From the NCBI GenBank assembly GCA_963836075.1, contig CAWIIB010000001.1:1248001-1312000 (forward strand): 64,000 nucleotides of DNA, written 5' to 3'. The notes beneath the pieces are model-generated. The model was not told where the DNA came from. It made no database searches and was given only the letters and a program-made list of their open reading frames with translations. Shown in pieces: positions 53,597-63,900 of the stretch. Each line of letters opens with the position of its first letter. The stretch's first letter is position 1. Position numbers and translations under genes: made by a program. Origin of the DNA: an uncultured Acidobacteriota bacterium (lineage in GTDB: Bacteria; Acidobacteriota; JAQAZP01).

Positions 53597-53633
53597 GGTC
53601 ACCGGCATTCTGGCAGGGGCCGGTGGCTTTTTT
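53597..53633 (+). terminator. Terminator-like hairpin in the 5' leader of the foldase gene
   Basis: GGTCACCGGC pairs with GCCGGTGGCT, followed by TTTTT, 20 nt before the ATG. Confidence 0.55.
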
Positions 53634-53653
53634 CATGCCCCAAGGAGAGCGAA

Positions 53654-54724
53654 ATGAACAAGGGTCTGATCTACACATTCCTCATCACCGCCTGCTGCCT
53701 GCTGGCGGTGGGTTGCGGCGGTTCCGGCGAAGAAGCGGTGGATACAACTGCCGGCGACACCACGGTTGGCGAAGAGGCCGTCCCGGCGCCCCCGGTCAAC
53801 CCCCTTGAGGGGCTGGAGCCGGAGGCCGTGGTGGCCACGGTGAACGGCACCGAAATCACCCGGGCCCAGGTGGACAAGAAAATCGGTGAAATGGCGCAGC
53901 AGTTCCGGGGCCAGATTCCTCCGGGCATGGAAGGCCAGATGGCGCAACAGGCCCTGGGCAACATAGTGGACCAGCAGTTGCTGCTGGAAGCGGCAGCCGC
54001 GGAAGGGGTGGCGGCAGCAGAGGAGGATATCCAGGGGCAGTATGACCAGTTTGCCGCCCGGGCGCCCAGCCCGGAGGAATTCCAGAACGCCCTCACTTCC
54101 ATGGGTTTCAACGAGGAAACTTTCCGGGCTGAAATCGGCAAAAACCTGACCATTGAAAAGCTGCTCACCGACAAGCTGGCCAACGCCAAGGAAGTGACCC
54201 AGGAAGACGTGGAAGCCTACTACCGTGACAACGCGGACCAGTTCCAGGTGGCGGAGCAGGTCCAGGCCAGCCACATCCTGCTCGGCACCACGGCCGAAGA
54301 CACCCAGGAAGCCAAGGATGCCAAACGGCAGCAACTGGAAGACCTGAAGACTGAGATCGACAACGGCGCCGACTTTGCCGCCCTGGCCACCGAACACTCC
54401 GACTGCCCCAGCAAGACCCGGGGCGGCGACCTGGGCCCGTTCACCAGGGAACGGATGGTCAAACCGTTCTCCGATGCCGCCTTCGCCATGGAGGTGGGCC
54501 AGGTGAGCGACGTGGTGGAGACCCAGTTCGGCTACCACCTGATCAAGGTGACCGACAAGACGGCGCCCAGCACTCGGCCGCTGGAAGAAGTTCAGGACCA
54601 GGTGGAGACATTCCTCGACCGGCAGAACAAGGAAGCCGCCTTCAACGCCTACATGGATACGCTGCGCGCAGCCGCCGAGCTGGACTACACCGAGGGGTTC
54701 CAGCCCGCTCCCGCTGCATCCTGA
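53654..54724 (+). CDS. PrsA/SurA-like parvulin peptidyl-prolyl isomerase lipoprotein
   Basis: LAVGC lipobox; VATVNG; ASHILL, HSDCPSKTRGGDLG, MVKPFSDAAF, TQFGYHLI. Confidence 0.93.
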   Translation: MNKGLIYTFLITACCLLAVGCGGSGEEAVDTTAGDTTVGEEAVPAPPVNPLEGLEPEAVVATVNGTEITRAQVDKKIGEMAQQFRGQIPPGMEGQMAQQALGNIVDQQLLLEAAAAEGVAAAEEDIQGQYDQFAARAPSPEEFQNALTSMGFNEETFRAEIGKNLTIEKLLTDKLANAKEVTQEDVEAYYRDNADQFQVAEQVQASHILLGTTAEDTQEAKDAKRQQLEDLKTEIDNGADFAALATEHSDCPSKTRGGDLGPFTRERMVKPFSDAAFAMEVGQVSDVVETQFGYHLIKVTDKTAPSTRPLEEVQDQVETFLDRQNKEAAFNAYMDTLRAAAELDYTEGFQPAPAAS

Positions 54725-54735
54725 TCGACTGAGCG

Positions 54736-54769
54736 CCGGTATCCGGGTCCGCCAGGGTCCGGATACCGG
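54736..54769. terminator. Inverted repeat between convergent genes
   Basis: CCGGTATCCGG...CCGGATACCGG. Confidence 0.6.
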
Positions 54770-54774
54770 TTCCT

Positions 54775-55911
54775 TCACCGCTGATCGAACCGTTCCGGCA
54801 GACCCGCCAGCTCCCGCCCCACGAATTTGAGACGCCAGCCGCGCAGCAACCGGTGCTCCTCTGCTCGCGCTCCGGCCCCTTGGGCAAACAGCGCCTTGAC
54901 CTCCGCCCGCGTGGCCACCAGCGCCGGATCGATCCCCTGCTGCTCCGCGGCCGATCGCAACAGCTTCAGCCCCTGCTCCACCAGCGGTCCGGGAACACCG
55001 TTCTTCCGCCGGTTCGGCATTGGGGATGGATAGTCGCCGGGGTCGAGGGCCAGCCCGGTTTCCACCGCCTGCAGGATGGCCGTTCCCGAACGCCGGGCGG
55101 TGCGGTCACTCACCCGTCCCTTGCCGGTGAGGGAGCGGGTCGTGCGCGGCTGGACCCGGGCCAGGTGGACCAGGGTCTTGTCGGCCAGCACCCGCCCGCG
55201 GGGGCGGTCCCGCAGCCGGGCCGTCTCCTCGCGCCAGGCGGCCAGCTCGCGCAAAACGGCCAGTTCGCGACCGGTCAACCGGCCGATGCCCTTGATCCGC
55301 GTGAACTGCTGGCGCGGGTCCCGGTCCTCGTATGCCGCGGGATCGTCGAAGCCTTTCAGTTCCTCGTTCAACCAGCGGGCCACACCCCGGTCCTTCGCTC
55401 GACGCAGCAGCTCGCCACGGGCCCTGTGGAGGTGCCGCACGTCGTCCTCGGCGTAGGACACCTGCCGCCTGGTGAGCGGCCGTTTCAGCCAGTCGGCGCG
55501 GGTCTCGGTCTTGGGCAGGCGGATGTCGAAGAGGTCAACCAGCAGGTTGCCCAGCGAGGTGGTGGAATCGAGGCCGGCAAAGCCGGCGGCGCAGCGGGTG
55601 TCAAAGATGTTACGGGGTGAGGATCCGGACGCTCGGCGGAGGATGGCCAGGTCCTGTGGTGCATCGTGCAGGATCTTCACCACCCGCCGGGAGGCCAGCA
55701 GTCGCCCCAGCGGCCGCAGGCCCCCGGGTTCGAAACCGCCGATGGCCGGCGCGTCCACCAGCAGGCAGCTGCCGTTGGCCAGGCCCAGTTGCACCACGCC
55801 CAAACGGGGGTAGAAGGTCCGCTCCCAGAAGAACTCGGTGTCCAGCGCCACGCTGCCTATGCGCATGATGATGCCCACCAGTTCCTCCAGTTCAGCTCTG
55901 GTGTCGATCAT
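54775..55911 (-). CDS. rnd: Ribonuclease D
   Basis: VALDTEF..ERTFYPRL, KILH, FDT, DW..RPL..Q..YAEDDV, HRDC region, GWR. Confidence 0.9.
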   Translation of the reverse strand: MIDTRAELEELVGIIMRIGSVALDTEFFWERTFYPRLGVVQLGLANGSCLLVDAPAIGGFEPGGLRPLGRLLASRRVVKILHDAPQDLAILRRASGSSPRNIFDTRCAAGFAGLDSTTSLGNLLVDLFDIRLPKTETRADWLKRPLTRRQVSYAEDDVRHLHRARGELLRRAKDRGVARWLNEELKGFDDPAAYEDRDPRQQFTRIKGIGRLTGRELAVLRELAAWREETARLRDRPRGRVLADKTLVHLARVQPRTTRSLTGKGRVSDRTARRSGTAILQAVETGLALDPGDYPSPMPNRRKNGVPGPLVEQGLKLLRSAAEQQGIDPALVATRAEVKALFAQGAGARAEEHRLLRGWRLKFVGRELAGLPERFDQR

Positions 55912-56687
55912 GGTGCGCCCACCCGTTCCAGGGCCGTGCGCAGGGCCCGGGCCTCGTCGCGAAGCGAGGCGGCCGCGGCCAGGGTATCGGCATCATCGTG
56001 ATGAGCAACGGCCGTCACCGGTGCCGCCGTGTCGTCGGGGTTGCCCAGCCCGCTGTCCCGCTGGCCGCGCAGGCAGTCGAGAATGGCATCGCGGATCTCA
56101 CCGGCCCGGTCCACGCCACGGAAGAACCCGAGGTGCATGTTTGCCGACTTGCTCTGCTGCTTGCCGCCCTGGCCCCCCGACTCACCACCCCCGCCGCCGG
56201 CGGTCCGCACCTGCAGGTCGGCGATGCCGAAAAACCGCTGCAGCGGCCCCTGGCGGATGGAGAGGTTCTGGATGTTGGCAAAGGTCATGGTCTGCTCGCG
56301 AACGGTGAGCAGGCCTTCACGGATCCGCAGGCTGGTGTCGGTGATCATGTACCAGCGGTAGCGGTAGTCGAGATCGACCATCATGAAGGTAAAGGGCATT
56401 TGCAGGAGGAAGAGGGCCACACCCAGCGCTTCGAACAACTGGATCATGTTGTGGCCCATGGTAAAAAACGGACCGAACTGAATCCGGTCGAGGACGAAGT
56501 AGTAGCCGGCGGCGATACCGATGGCCGTCCCCAGCTGGCTCAGGCCCCACTGGAGCAGCCGGTAGCGGTAGAACCCCCGGGCGGCATTGAAGACCTGCAC
56601 CGAACCGGGATCGCCCGCCGGGGGCTGAGGCCGGGACGGAACCCGGAGAAGGCGGGTGACCAGGCTCTTGATCCGGCTCTCAGCCAT
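55908..56687 (-). CDS. Bacterial PH domain (bPH_2) membrane protein
   Basis: Two TM helices; Y.ITD.SLRIREG...IQNLSIRQGPLQRFFGIADL.V.TAG. Confidence 0.85.
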   Translation of the reverse strand: MAESRIKSLVTRLLRVPSRPQPPAGDPGSVQVFNAARGFYRYRLLQWGLSQLGTAIGIAAGYYFVLDRIQFGPFFTMGHNMIQLFEALGVALFLLQMPFTFMMVDLDYRYRWYMITDTSLRIREGLLTVREQTMTFANIQNLSIRQGPLQRFFGIADLQVRTAGGGGGESGGQGGKQQSKSANMHLGFFRGVDRAGEIRDAILDCLRGQRDSGLGNPDDTAAPVTAVAHHDDADTLAAAASLRDEARALRTALERVGAP

Positions 56688-57216
56688 CGTCTCCCTCCCT
56701 CGCGTCGCGCTGCTCCAGCAGCCGGCGGATGGCCCGCAGTTCCCCGGCCGTCTGGTCCAGCAGCTCGGCCAGACCCGGCGTGGGGGAGCCCGGCTCCCTG
56801 CTCTCCCCGCTCCCGGGATCGCGCATCCCCCGGGCGCCGCGCATCCGGGTGTAGAGGAAATCGCGCAGCTGATCGTACTCCAGGATCCCCTCGACGGTCA
56901 TCTCCGCCTTGGCGCTGCCGCTGGCCGTCTGGATCTGGATCCGGGCCAGGCCGAGCCATCGTTCGACAAAGTTGCTCACCAGGTGGATGTCCTGGACCCG
57001 GGCATAGGTCAGGTTGATCTCCTTGCGAAAGAGGATGCCCCAGCGCATGGAGACGCCCTCCTCGCCGAAACGGTAGCGCATGGTGTGGTAGCGGAACCAG
57101 AGCGGGAGAATCACGAAGGGAAACAGCGGCCCGGTGACCAGGGCCGACATCAGGTAGTAACTCCACAGTTTCGGGTGGGGCCGTTCGATGGCGGTGATGG
57201 GCTGTTGATCAGTCAT
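56680..57216 (-). CDS. Bacterial PH domain (bPH_2) protein
   Basis: GILFRKE..LTYARVQDI....VERWLGLA.I.IQTASG. Confidence 0.85.
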   Translation of the reverse strand: MTDQQPITAIERPHPKLWSYYLMSALVTGPLFPFVILPLWFRYHTMRYRFGEEGVSMRWGILFRKEINLTYARVQDIHLVSNFVERWLGLARIQIQTASGSAKAEMTVEGILEYDQLRDFLYTRMRGARGMRDPGSGESREPGSPTPGLAELLDQTAGELRAIRRLLEQRDAREGDDG

Positions 57217-59660
57217 GGCTCCTCCCTGCCCGGCAGGTCCAGTTGCACCAGGCTGCCGCCCAGCTGAGCTGCATGGGCGGGGTGACAGGTAAAGATGATG
57301 GTCTGGCGCTCGGTGGAAAACTCGCCGATCACGTCCGCCGCGGCGGCCTGCCGCCCGGGGTCCATGTCCACCATCGGATCGTCGAGAACCAGGAATCCGT
57401 CCGCGGCTCGCAGAAAATAGCGGGCCATGGACAACCTGATGGCCAGGCCCATCCCGGCGCGGGTCCCCATGGAAAGCAGGTGGGCCGGGATCGCCGTGCC
57501 GTCAGGCAGACGGGCGCCGCCGGCTTCGGTGCTGCCCACTCCCTGGTAGCGTCCGACGGTGAGCCGGGGCACCACCCGCTCCAGTTCCTCGATCCAGGGG
57601 TCCATTGTCTCACTGTCCAGGGATGACCGGACATGGATGAATGCCTCCCGTATCCGGTCCACCGCCTCCGCCTCCCGCAGCACCCGCTGGTCCGCCGCAA
57701 TCGCGTCCCGCAGAGCGGCCTCCGCCTCCTCCAGGGTTTCCAGCGGCCCCCGGGACTGGAGTTCCAGCTGATCCATCTTCAATTGCGTCAGTTCCTCACT
57801 GTGCTGCCGGTGTTCGGCCTGACAGGTCTGGAAACGGTGGACAAAACCGCCGGGGTCCTCCGCCCCTTCCGGCAACGGTGTCAGGGCGGCCAGTTGCTCC
57901 TCCGCGGTCTTCAGAGCGGACCGTTTTTCCACCAGGAGGTCCAGCAGGTGGTCAATCGATCCGTATTCGGATTGCCAGGCGGACAGCTGTTGCCGCTTCC
58001 CCCCGGCCAGCCCTTCGATCTCCCTGATCTCGCCGGCGGTGCGGCCCTGTTCCCGGGCGATCACCTCCACCGGCCGGTGGCCGCCGTTCTCCGAACCCCT
58101 CGGGGCCCGCTCCCGCAGGCCCTCCAAGGTCTCGCCGTCGAGCGCCGTGTCCAGCCGCTGACGGCAGGTCTCCACGGTGCGCTCGGCGGCCGCCGCGGCC
58201 GCCCGGGCCGCCTCGGCGTCGGCCAGGGAGAAGACCCCCAGAGCTTCGAGACGGGATGCGAATTCCTCCGTGAGACGATCGTAGTCCCGGCGCAGATCAC
58301 CCGCAGCGGCATCCCCGCTGCTCACCGCCAGCGCCCACTCCGGATGGTCGAGGCTGATCTGCCCGCCGGCCTCCAGTTCGAGGGTTTGACCGTCAGCCAG
58401 CCGGTGCTCCGCGGCGTCATCGAGATCGCAGCGGGAGATCAGTTCCAATGCGCCCTTCGGAGTGAGGGACAGCGTGATCCGGCCGGCCCGCAGACCGGCG
58501 GTCAGTTGCTGGAGTTCATGGTGCAGGGCAACCGCCGCCCGGAAGTCCTCCTCCCCCACCACCCGCAGACCGGCCAGGGCATCGCTCGCCTCGCGCCAGG
58601 CCTTCTCTTCCCTCTCGGCCCGCTCCAGTTTCTCCGCATCCTGCCGCTGGGCCGCCGCCGCTCCAGCCTGTTCCAGTTCTTCGTCCAGCCCGGTGCAGGC
58701 CTCGGCCAGCGCGTCCCGCCGGTGGACCAACCCTTTCAGTTCCTCTTCCATGGCCGGCCAGGCGGTGGTAATCCCCCGCAGGGTCTCCTGCTCCTGTTCC
58801 AGAGCCTGCCGCTCCAGCTCCTGCACCGTGCGGCGGCGGGCGTCCTCGGCCGCCTGACGGTTTTCGTCGAGAAACGCCGCCAGCCGCTCTGTTTCGGCGG
58901 CCAGACGGTTCAGACGCTGATTTATCTGGTCCAGCTGCTGTTCGTGCTCCAGCGCCAGGTCCCGGGCGCGCCGCGCCCGCTCACGGTCATAGTAGGCCTG
59001 GAGGATGCGCCCCACTTCGCGGCGATAGGGGGTGTCGATCCCCCGGTTGTTCTCCGGCCGGTTCAGTTCCCGGTCCCAGCGCCGGTAACAGGCTGTGTAC
59101 CGCTCCTCGATGGCCTGCTCCAGCCGCTCGATGGATATGCCGTCGGTTTCAAACACCGCCCGGCGCAGAATTGCGGCCAGGTCGGTCACCGGTTCGCCAC
59201 CAGACTCCAGGCCGGTCAGCGCATCGGCCACCGCCGCCTGACCGGCGAAGAGCACCGAACGCCAGGTACCCTCCCGGATCCCCAGCAAACGGCTCAGCGT
59301 CTCCTGCACCGCATCGTCACCGGCCAGCAGGTTGCCGTCGGGCAGCAGGAGTTCGGACCGTGCCCCTTCACCCCAGGCCCGGGACAACCGGTACCCGCCG
59401 GGGGCGTCCCCCGCGATGGTGAAGTCGAGTTCCGCGCGTATGGTGTCGCCTCCGCCCAGGGGCATGAAGGGGGCCACTTCCTTTTCGAAACGGCGCTTGC
59501 CGCAGGTGGCCGGGGTGAACAGCAGCAACCGCAGGGCCGCCATCAGCGTGCTCTTGCCGGCCTCATTCGGTCCCAGCACCACGGTGAGATCCGGGTGAAA
59601 CTCCACCGTCCGGTCGGCAATGCCGGCAAAGGGAGAGAGCCGCAGGCGGGTGATGATCAT
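57213..59660 (-). CDS. SMC-like AAA ATPase (YhaN/SbcC-like)
   Basis: Walker A GPNEAGKST, long coiled coil, LSMGT signature, LVLDDPMVDMD, FTCH. Confidence 0.9.
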   Translation of the reverse strand: MIITRLRLSPFAGIADRTVEFHPDLTVVLGPNEAGKSTLMAALRLLLFTPATCGKRRFEKEVAPFMPLGGGDTIRAELDFTIAGDAPGGYRLSRAWGEGARSELLLPDGNLLAGDDAVQETLSRLLGIREGTWRSVLFAGQAAVADALTGLESGGEPVTDLAAILRRAVFETDGISIERLEQAIEERYTACYRRWDRELNRPENNRGIDTPYRREVGRILQAYYDRERARRARDLALEHEQQLDQINQRLNRLAAETERLAAFLDENRQAAEDARRRTVQELERQALEQEQETLRGITTAWPAMEEELKGLVHRRDALAEACTGLDEELEQAGAAAAQRQDAEKLERAEREEKAWREASDALAGLRVVGEEDFRAAVALHHELQQLTAGLRAGRITLSLTPKGALELISRCDLDDAAEHRLADGQTLELEAGGQISLDHPEWALAVSSGDAAAGDLRRDYDRLTEEFASRLEALGVFSLADAEAARAAAAAAERTVETCRQRLDTALDGETLEGLRERAPRGSENGGHRPVEVIAREQGRTAGEIREIEGLAGGKRQQLSAWQSEYGSIDHLLDLLVEKRSALKTAEEQLAALTPLPEGAEDPGGFVHRFQTCQAEHRQHSEELTQLKMDQLELQSRGPLETLEEAEAALRDAIAADQRVLREAEAVDRIREAFIHVRSSLDSETMDPWIEELERVVPRLTVGRYQGVGSTEAGGARLPDGTAIPAHLLSMGTRAGMGLAIRLSMARYFLRAADGFLVLDDPMVDMDPGRQAAAADVIGEFSTERQTIIFTCHPAHAAQLGGSLVQLDLPGREEP

Positions 59661-60784
59661 GAGCCGGCACCGCGTATGAGATCGTAGGCCGTCTGCAGCG
59701 CCAGACTATCGCCGTCCGGTCCGGAGAGGCGGTGCAGCAGCCGGTGGGGAAAGGACCCTTCGGTGAACTCCCGGTCGATATCCTCCGCGGTCACTTCGCG
59801 CAGCAGATCGCCGAGGTCGCACTCCAGGTGCAGCACCTGCTCCTGGAGACCGGCGACCAGTTCGCCCCGCCGGTCATGGATGCTCCCCGGCACCCGGCCG
59901 CTCAGTTTCAGTTTGACCAGCGCGGTGTCCCGTGAAAATTCCTCGAACAGTGCCTGCAGGACGGAGAGGTCCTCCTCGCCGGCCAGGACCCGGTCCAGTG
60001 AATGGAACCGGAACCGGCCCGTGGGGACCGACCGGTGGGACACGGAACGATCCGCAGCCAGGTCGATGATCCAGGCGTGACCAGGGTGCGCGCAGTCGAA
60101 CCCGTCCGGTTCGGGGGTGGCGGGAAAGAAGATCCGCGCCCCGCGGCCGCTCTCCTCGTCGGGGAAACGCACGTGGGTGTGCCCCAGCAGCCAGAGATCC
60201 ATCCCGCAGGCTTCCAGTTCCTGCGTGGTCATCGGGTAATAGGAATCGTTCCAGTCGATGGAAAGGCCGCTGACACTGCCGTGGGCCAGGCCGATCCGCA
60301 GCGCACCGCGCTCCTCGCCGGAGGGAGGCGTGATCCAGCCGATGGCATTGGCCGACGAGTGCTTGGCGGTACAGGGGGCCGCGTGGACCACCGCCTCGAT
60401 GTCATAAGGCCCCAGGTCATAGGGCCGGGCCTCACCGAGGAGCAGCGTCCGTTCGCCGCCGGCCTCGCGAAACCAGTTCCAGAGCGTGTCATCCCCGGCC
60501 TGGATGTAGTCGTGATTCCCCGGAAGCACCAGCACCAACCGGCCCTCGAAGGCCCTCAGGATCTCGGCGGCCCGCACCACGTCCCGTTTGGTCACCTGCC
60601 GGTTGTCAAACATGTCGCCGGCCACGGCAAAGAGGGAGCACTGCTCGCGGTTGGCCGTTTCCACCATGCCGGCCAGCGTCTCGAACCTCGCGTCCACCAG
60701 CGCCGCCTGCACCTCGGGCCGGTACCCCCGGGCGAATTTCATTCCCAGGTGCAGGTCTGCCGTGTGAAAGATACGTATGCCCAT
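59657..60784 (-). CDS. Mre11/SbcD-like metallophosphoesterase nuclease (YhaO-like)
   Basis: HTADLHLG, AGDMFD, PGNHD, AHG, LGHTH. Confidence 0.9.
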   Translation of the reverse strand: MGIRIFHTADLHLGMKFARGYRPEVQAALVDARFETLAGMVETANREQCSLFAVAGDMFDNRQVTKRDVVRAAEILRAFEGRLVLVLPGNHDYIQAGDDTLWNWFREAGGERTLLLGEARPYDLGPYDIEAVVHAAPCTAKHSSANAIGWITPPSGEERGALRIGLAHGSVSGLSIDWNDSYYPMTTQELEACGMDLWLLGHTHVRFPDEESGRGARIFFPATPEPDGFDCAHPGHAWIIDLAADRSVSHRSVPTGRFRFHSLDRVLAGEEDLSVLQALFEEFSRDTALVKLKLSGRVPGSIHDRRGELVAGLQEQVLHLECDLGDLLREVTAEDIDREFTEGSFPHRLLHRLSGPDGDSLALQTAYDLIRGAGS

Positions 60785-60982
60785 CTGCTGCGCTCTGCTG
60801 GTTGAGTGGACTGACCGATCGTGCGCTACTCTAAACAAATCGGCGGCGCGGTTCAACACTTCGGCAGCCGAAAGCGTCGAAACCGTACATAATAAACCGG
60901 CGGGACAGAGATCAAACGGCCGTCCCGCCGGGATCAAATGTCGAAGACGATATTCGCCAACCTGCCGCCCGGTCACTGCAGA

Positions 60983-63900
60983 CTACTCGTCCTTGAAGGC
61001 CCTGCGGCTCCGGTCACGGATATCCCCGAAATCGGGCTTCAACGGCGGCTGTTCACGGTGCAGGCGCAGCACCTCCTCGATCCCCCGGTCCAGCTGGGCA
61101 TCCACGCCCCGCGCCAGGTCCTGGGGCAGGTTTTCCACCTCGATGTCAGGGTCCACGCCATGGTTCTCCAGTTCCCAACCGTCACGGGGATCCCACCAGG
61201 CGGATTGCGGATTGGTCACCAGCCCTCCGTCGACCAGCGAACGGGCGCCGTAAATACCCACCACACCGCCCCAGGAGCGCATGCCGATCACCGGGGCCAA
61301 CTCGTTGAGCTGTACCGCCTTGGGGAAGATGTCGCCGTCCGAGCCGTTGAACTGGTTCATCAGCACCACGAACGGACCATTGAGCACCCTGTCGGGGTAG
61401 GTGCCGATACCGCCGCCGCGGATCCGCGAATAGGAGAGCAATGGCCGGCGCAGCCGTTCCAGGATCATCTGGGATACGGCCCCGCCGCCGTTCCAGCGGG
61501 TGTCCACCACCATCCCCTCCAGGCCCAGTTGGGGGTAGAACCAGGTGTTGAACTCCACCAGACCGTCGGTCCACATGTCGGGAAGGTGGATGTAGCCCAC
61601 CTTGCCGCCGGTCTTCTCCGCGACGTATTCCCGGTTTCCCCGCACCCAGTGGGAGTAGCGCAGGTCCGCCTCACTGCCCATGGGGGTCACCAGCACCTCA
61701 TGCGACCCGTCCATATCGGGTGTGTCGTTCACCGTGAGCAGGGTGGATCGGCCGGCCATGTTCTCCAGCCAGGCATGGATCGGACGGCGGCCGTCAAAGG
61801 GTACGCGGTTCACCGCCAGGATGTAGTCACCCTCGGCGATGGCCACCCCCGGCCGGTCCAGCGGCGAGCGGACCCGGTCAGGAGCCGATCCGCGGTAGAT
61901 CTTTGCCACCTTGAATGCCTCACCCTCGCGGGTCAGGTCGGCGCCCAGCAGTCCGGTGGACACCCGGGTGGGTCTGACACCCATGTCACCGCCAAAGACG
62001 TAGGTGTGCGAAGTGTTCAACTCGCCGAACATCTGGCCGATCAGGTCGGAGAGGTCTCCGCGGGTGGCCAGCCGCGGCAGCAGCGACGCATACTGGTCCC
62101 GGATCGCCTCCCAGTCCAGCCCGCTCATCTTCTCGTCCCAGTAAAAATCACGCATCCGCCGCCAGGCCTCATAGTACATCTGGGCCCACTCCTCCCGGGG
62201 GTCCATCTGGATCACCATTCCCGAAAGGTCCACCTTGGACTCGGCCAGTGCCGGTCCGGGAGGCGCCGCCGTGCCGGTGACGAAAAGCTCACCGGGGCCT
62301 TTGAGAACAGCTATTTTGGTGCCCTTGGCGGCGATGGTGTAGCCGGAGATTCCCTCGACGAACGGCTTGGCCTCCTTCTTTTTCAGGTCAAAGGTGTGCA
62401 GCGACGCCGTGGGGCCCTCCTCCTGGAACAGGCCCGGCTGCTCAGCCATGCCCCGTTGCGGGACGGTGACGTAAAACAGGTGGCTGCCGGTGGCCCCCAG
62501 GCCGGTGTAGTTTCCACGGTCCACCGGGAGTTCCACCGTTCTGGCCATCAGGCCCGCAGTGTCGATCTTCACCGGGGCCGGCGCTTCATCGTCCTTATCC
62601 TCGCTATCGTCACCGGTTTCCTTGTCTGCCTCGTCATCACCCTCCTCGCCCGCGTCGTCGCCGGCCTCATCCGGTTCTTCCTCCGGGGGAAGACCGGCCG
62701 TGTCCACCAGCGGGTTCTCCACATCTTCGCGGAGCAGCACCATGTAAAGTTTGTCGTTTTTCTGCTCCACGTTGTTCCAGTCGAACTGCCCGAGGAAAGG
62801 ATTTACCGCCCGGGAAGAGGTGTAGTAGAGGTAGCGGCCGTCGGGATCCCAGGCCGGCGAACTGTCGTCGGACCAGTCCCCGGTCACCTGGTGGGTTTTC
62901 TTCTCCACCGTGTCGTAGATGTAAATCGAGGTGTATTCCGAGGGCAGGGTCATGGAGTAGGCCAGCCAGCGGCCGTCGGGGCTCCAGACATACTCCCGGA
63001 TGGCGTAATTGCTGCTGCGGGCCACCTCGGTGGGATCCCCCCCCTCGGCCGGCATGGTGTAGAGCCCCAGGTCGCTGGAGGAGAAAGCCACCAGTTTTCC
63101 GTCCGGCGACCAGGCCGGTGCATAGTGCCAGGCGCTCTTCCCGGCCACCGGCTTGATCACTTCCGGTTCGCCGCGGCCCCAGGCGTCGATCACCCGGAAC
63201 TCATCGTCGCCGGCCTCGTCTGAAGTGTAGATAATCCGTTCGCCCGCGGGGTCGAAGGTGGCTTCCCGCTCCCGCGCCCCGGAACCGCGGGTCACCGGCA
63301 GGGTGACGCCGTCCTCCACCGGAACGGAGAAGATCTCACCCCGGGCCACCACAGCCAACCGGTCCCCTTCGGGGTTCAGTGAGAACCAGTCCATGGATCT
63401 GGCCGGATCGGGATAGCGAACCCGGGTCAGCACCCGGTCGCTGGGCAGCGTGATTTCGACCTTCGCTTCCTTGCCCCGGTCCGGGTCGAAGAGGTGGATG
63501 TCTGCCGCGTGACAAAAAGCGATACGGCCGTCCGGCCCCATGGCCGGCCAGCGGATGTCCCACGTGTCGAATCCGGTGTGCCGTTTGCGGTCCGAACCGT
63601 CAGCGGCCATGGACCAGATATTCACGGTTCCACCCTGGTCGCTGGCAAAGTAGATCCGGCCGCCATGCCACATGGGAAAGGCGTCCATGCCGCCAAAATC
63701 GGTCAGCCTGGTGAAATCACCTTTTTCCGGGTCACCGGCCCAGATGTCGGTGGCCGTCCCACCGCGGTAGCGCTTCCAGTTCCTGGTGTCCCGGGACCGC
63801 CGGTTGAAGGCCCAGGCACCGCTGTCCCGGTCAACGTCGAGACGGGCGGCCCAGCCCAGCGGCAGTTCCTCGGCATCACCGCCCCGCAGGTCCACGGTGA

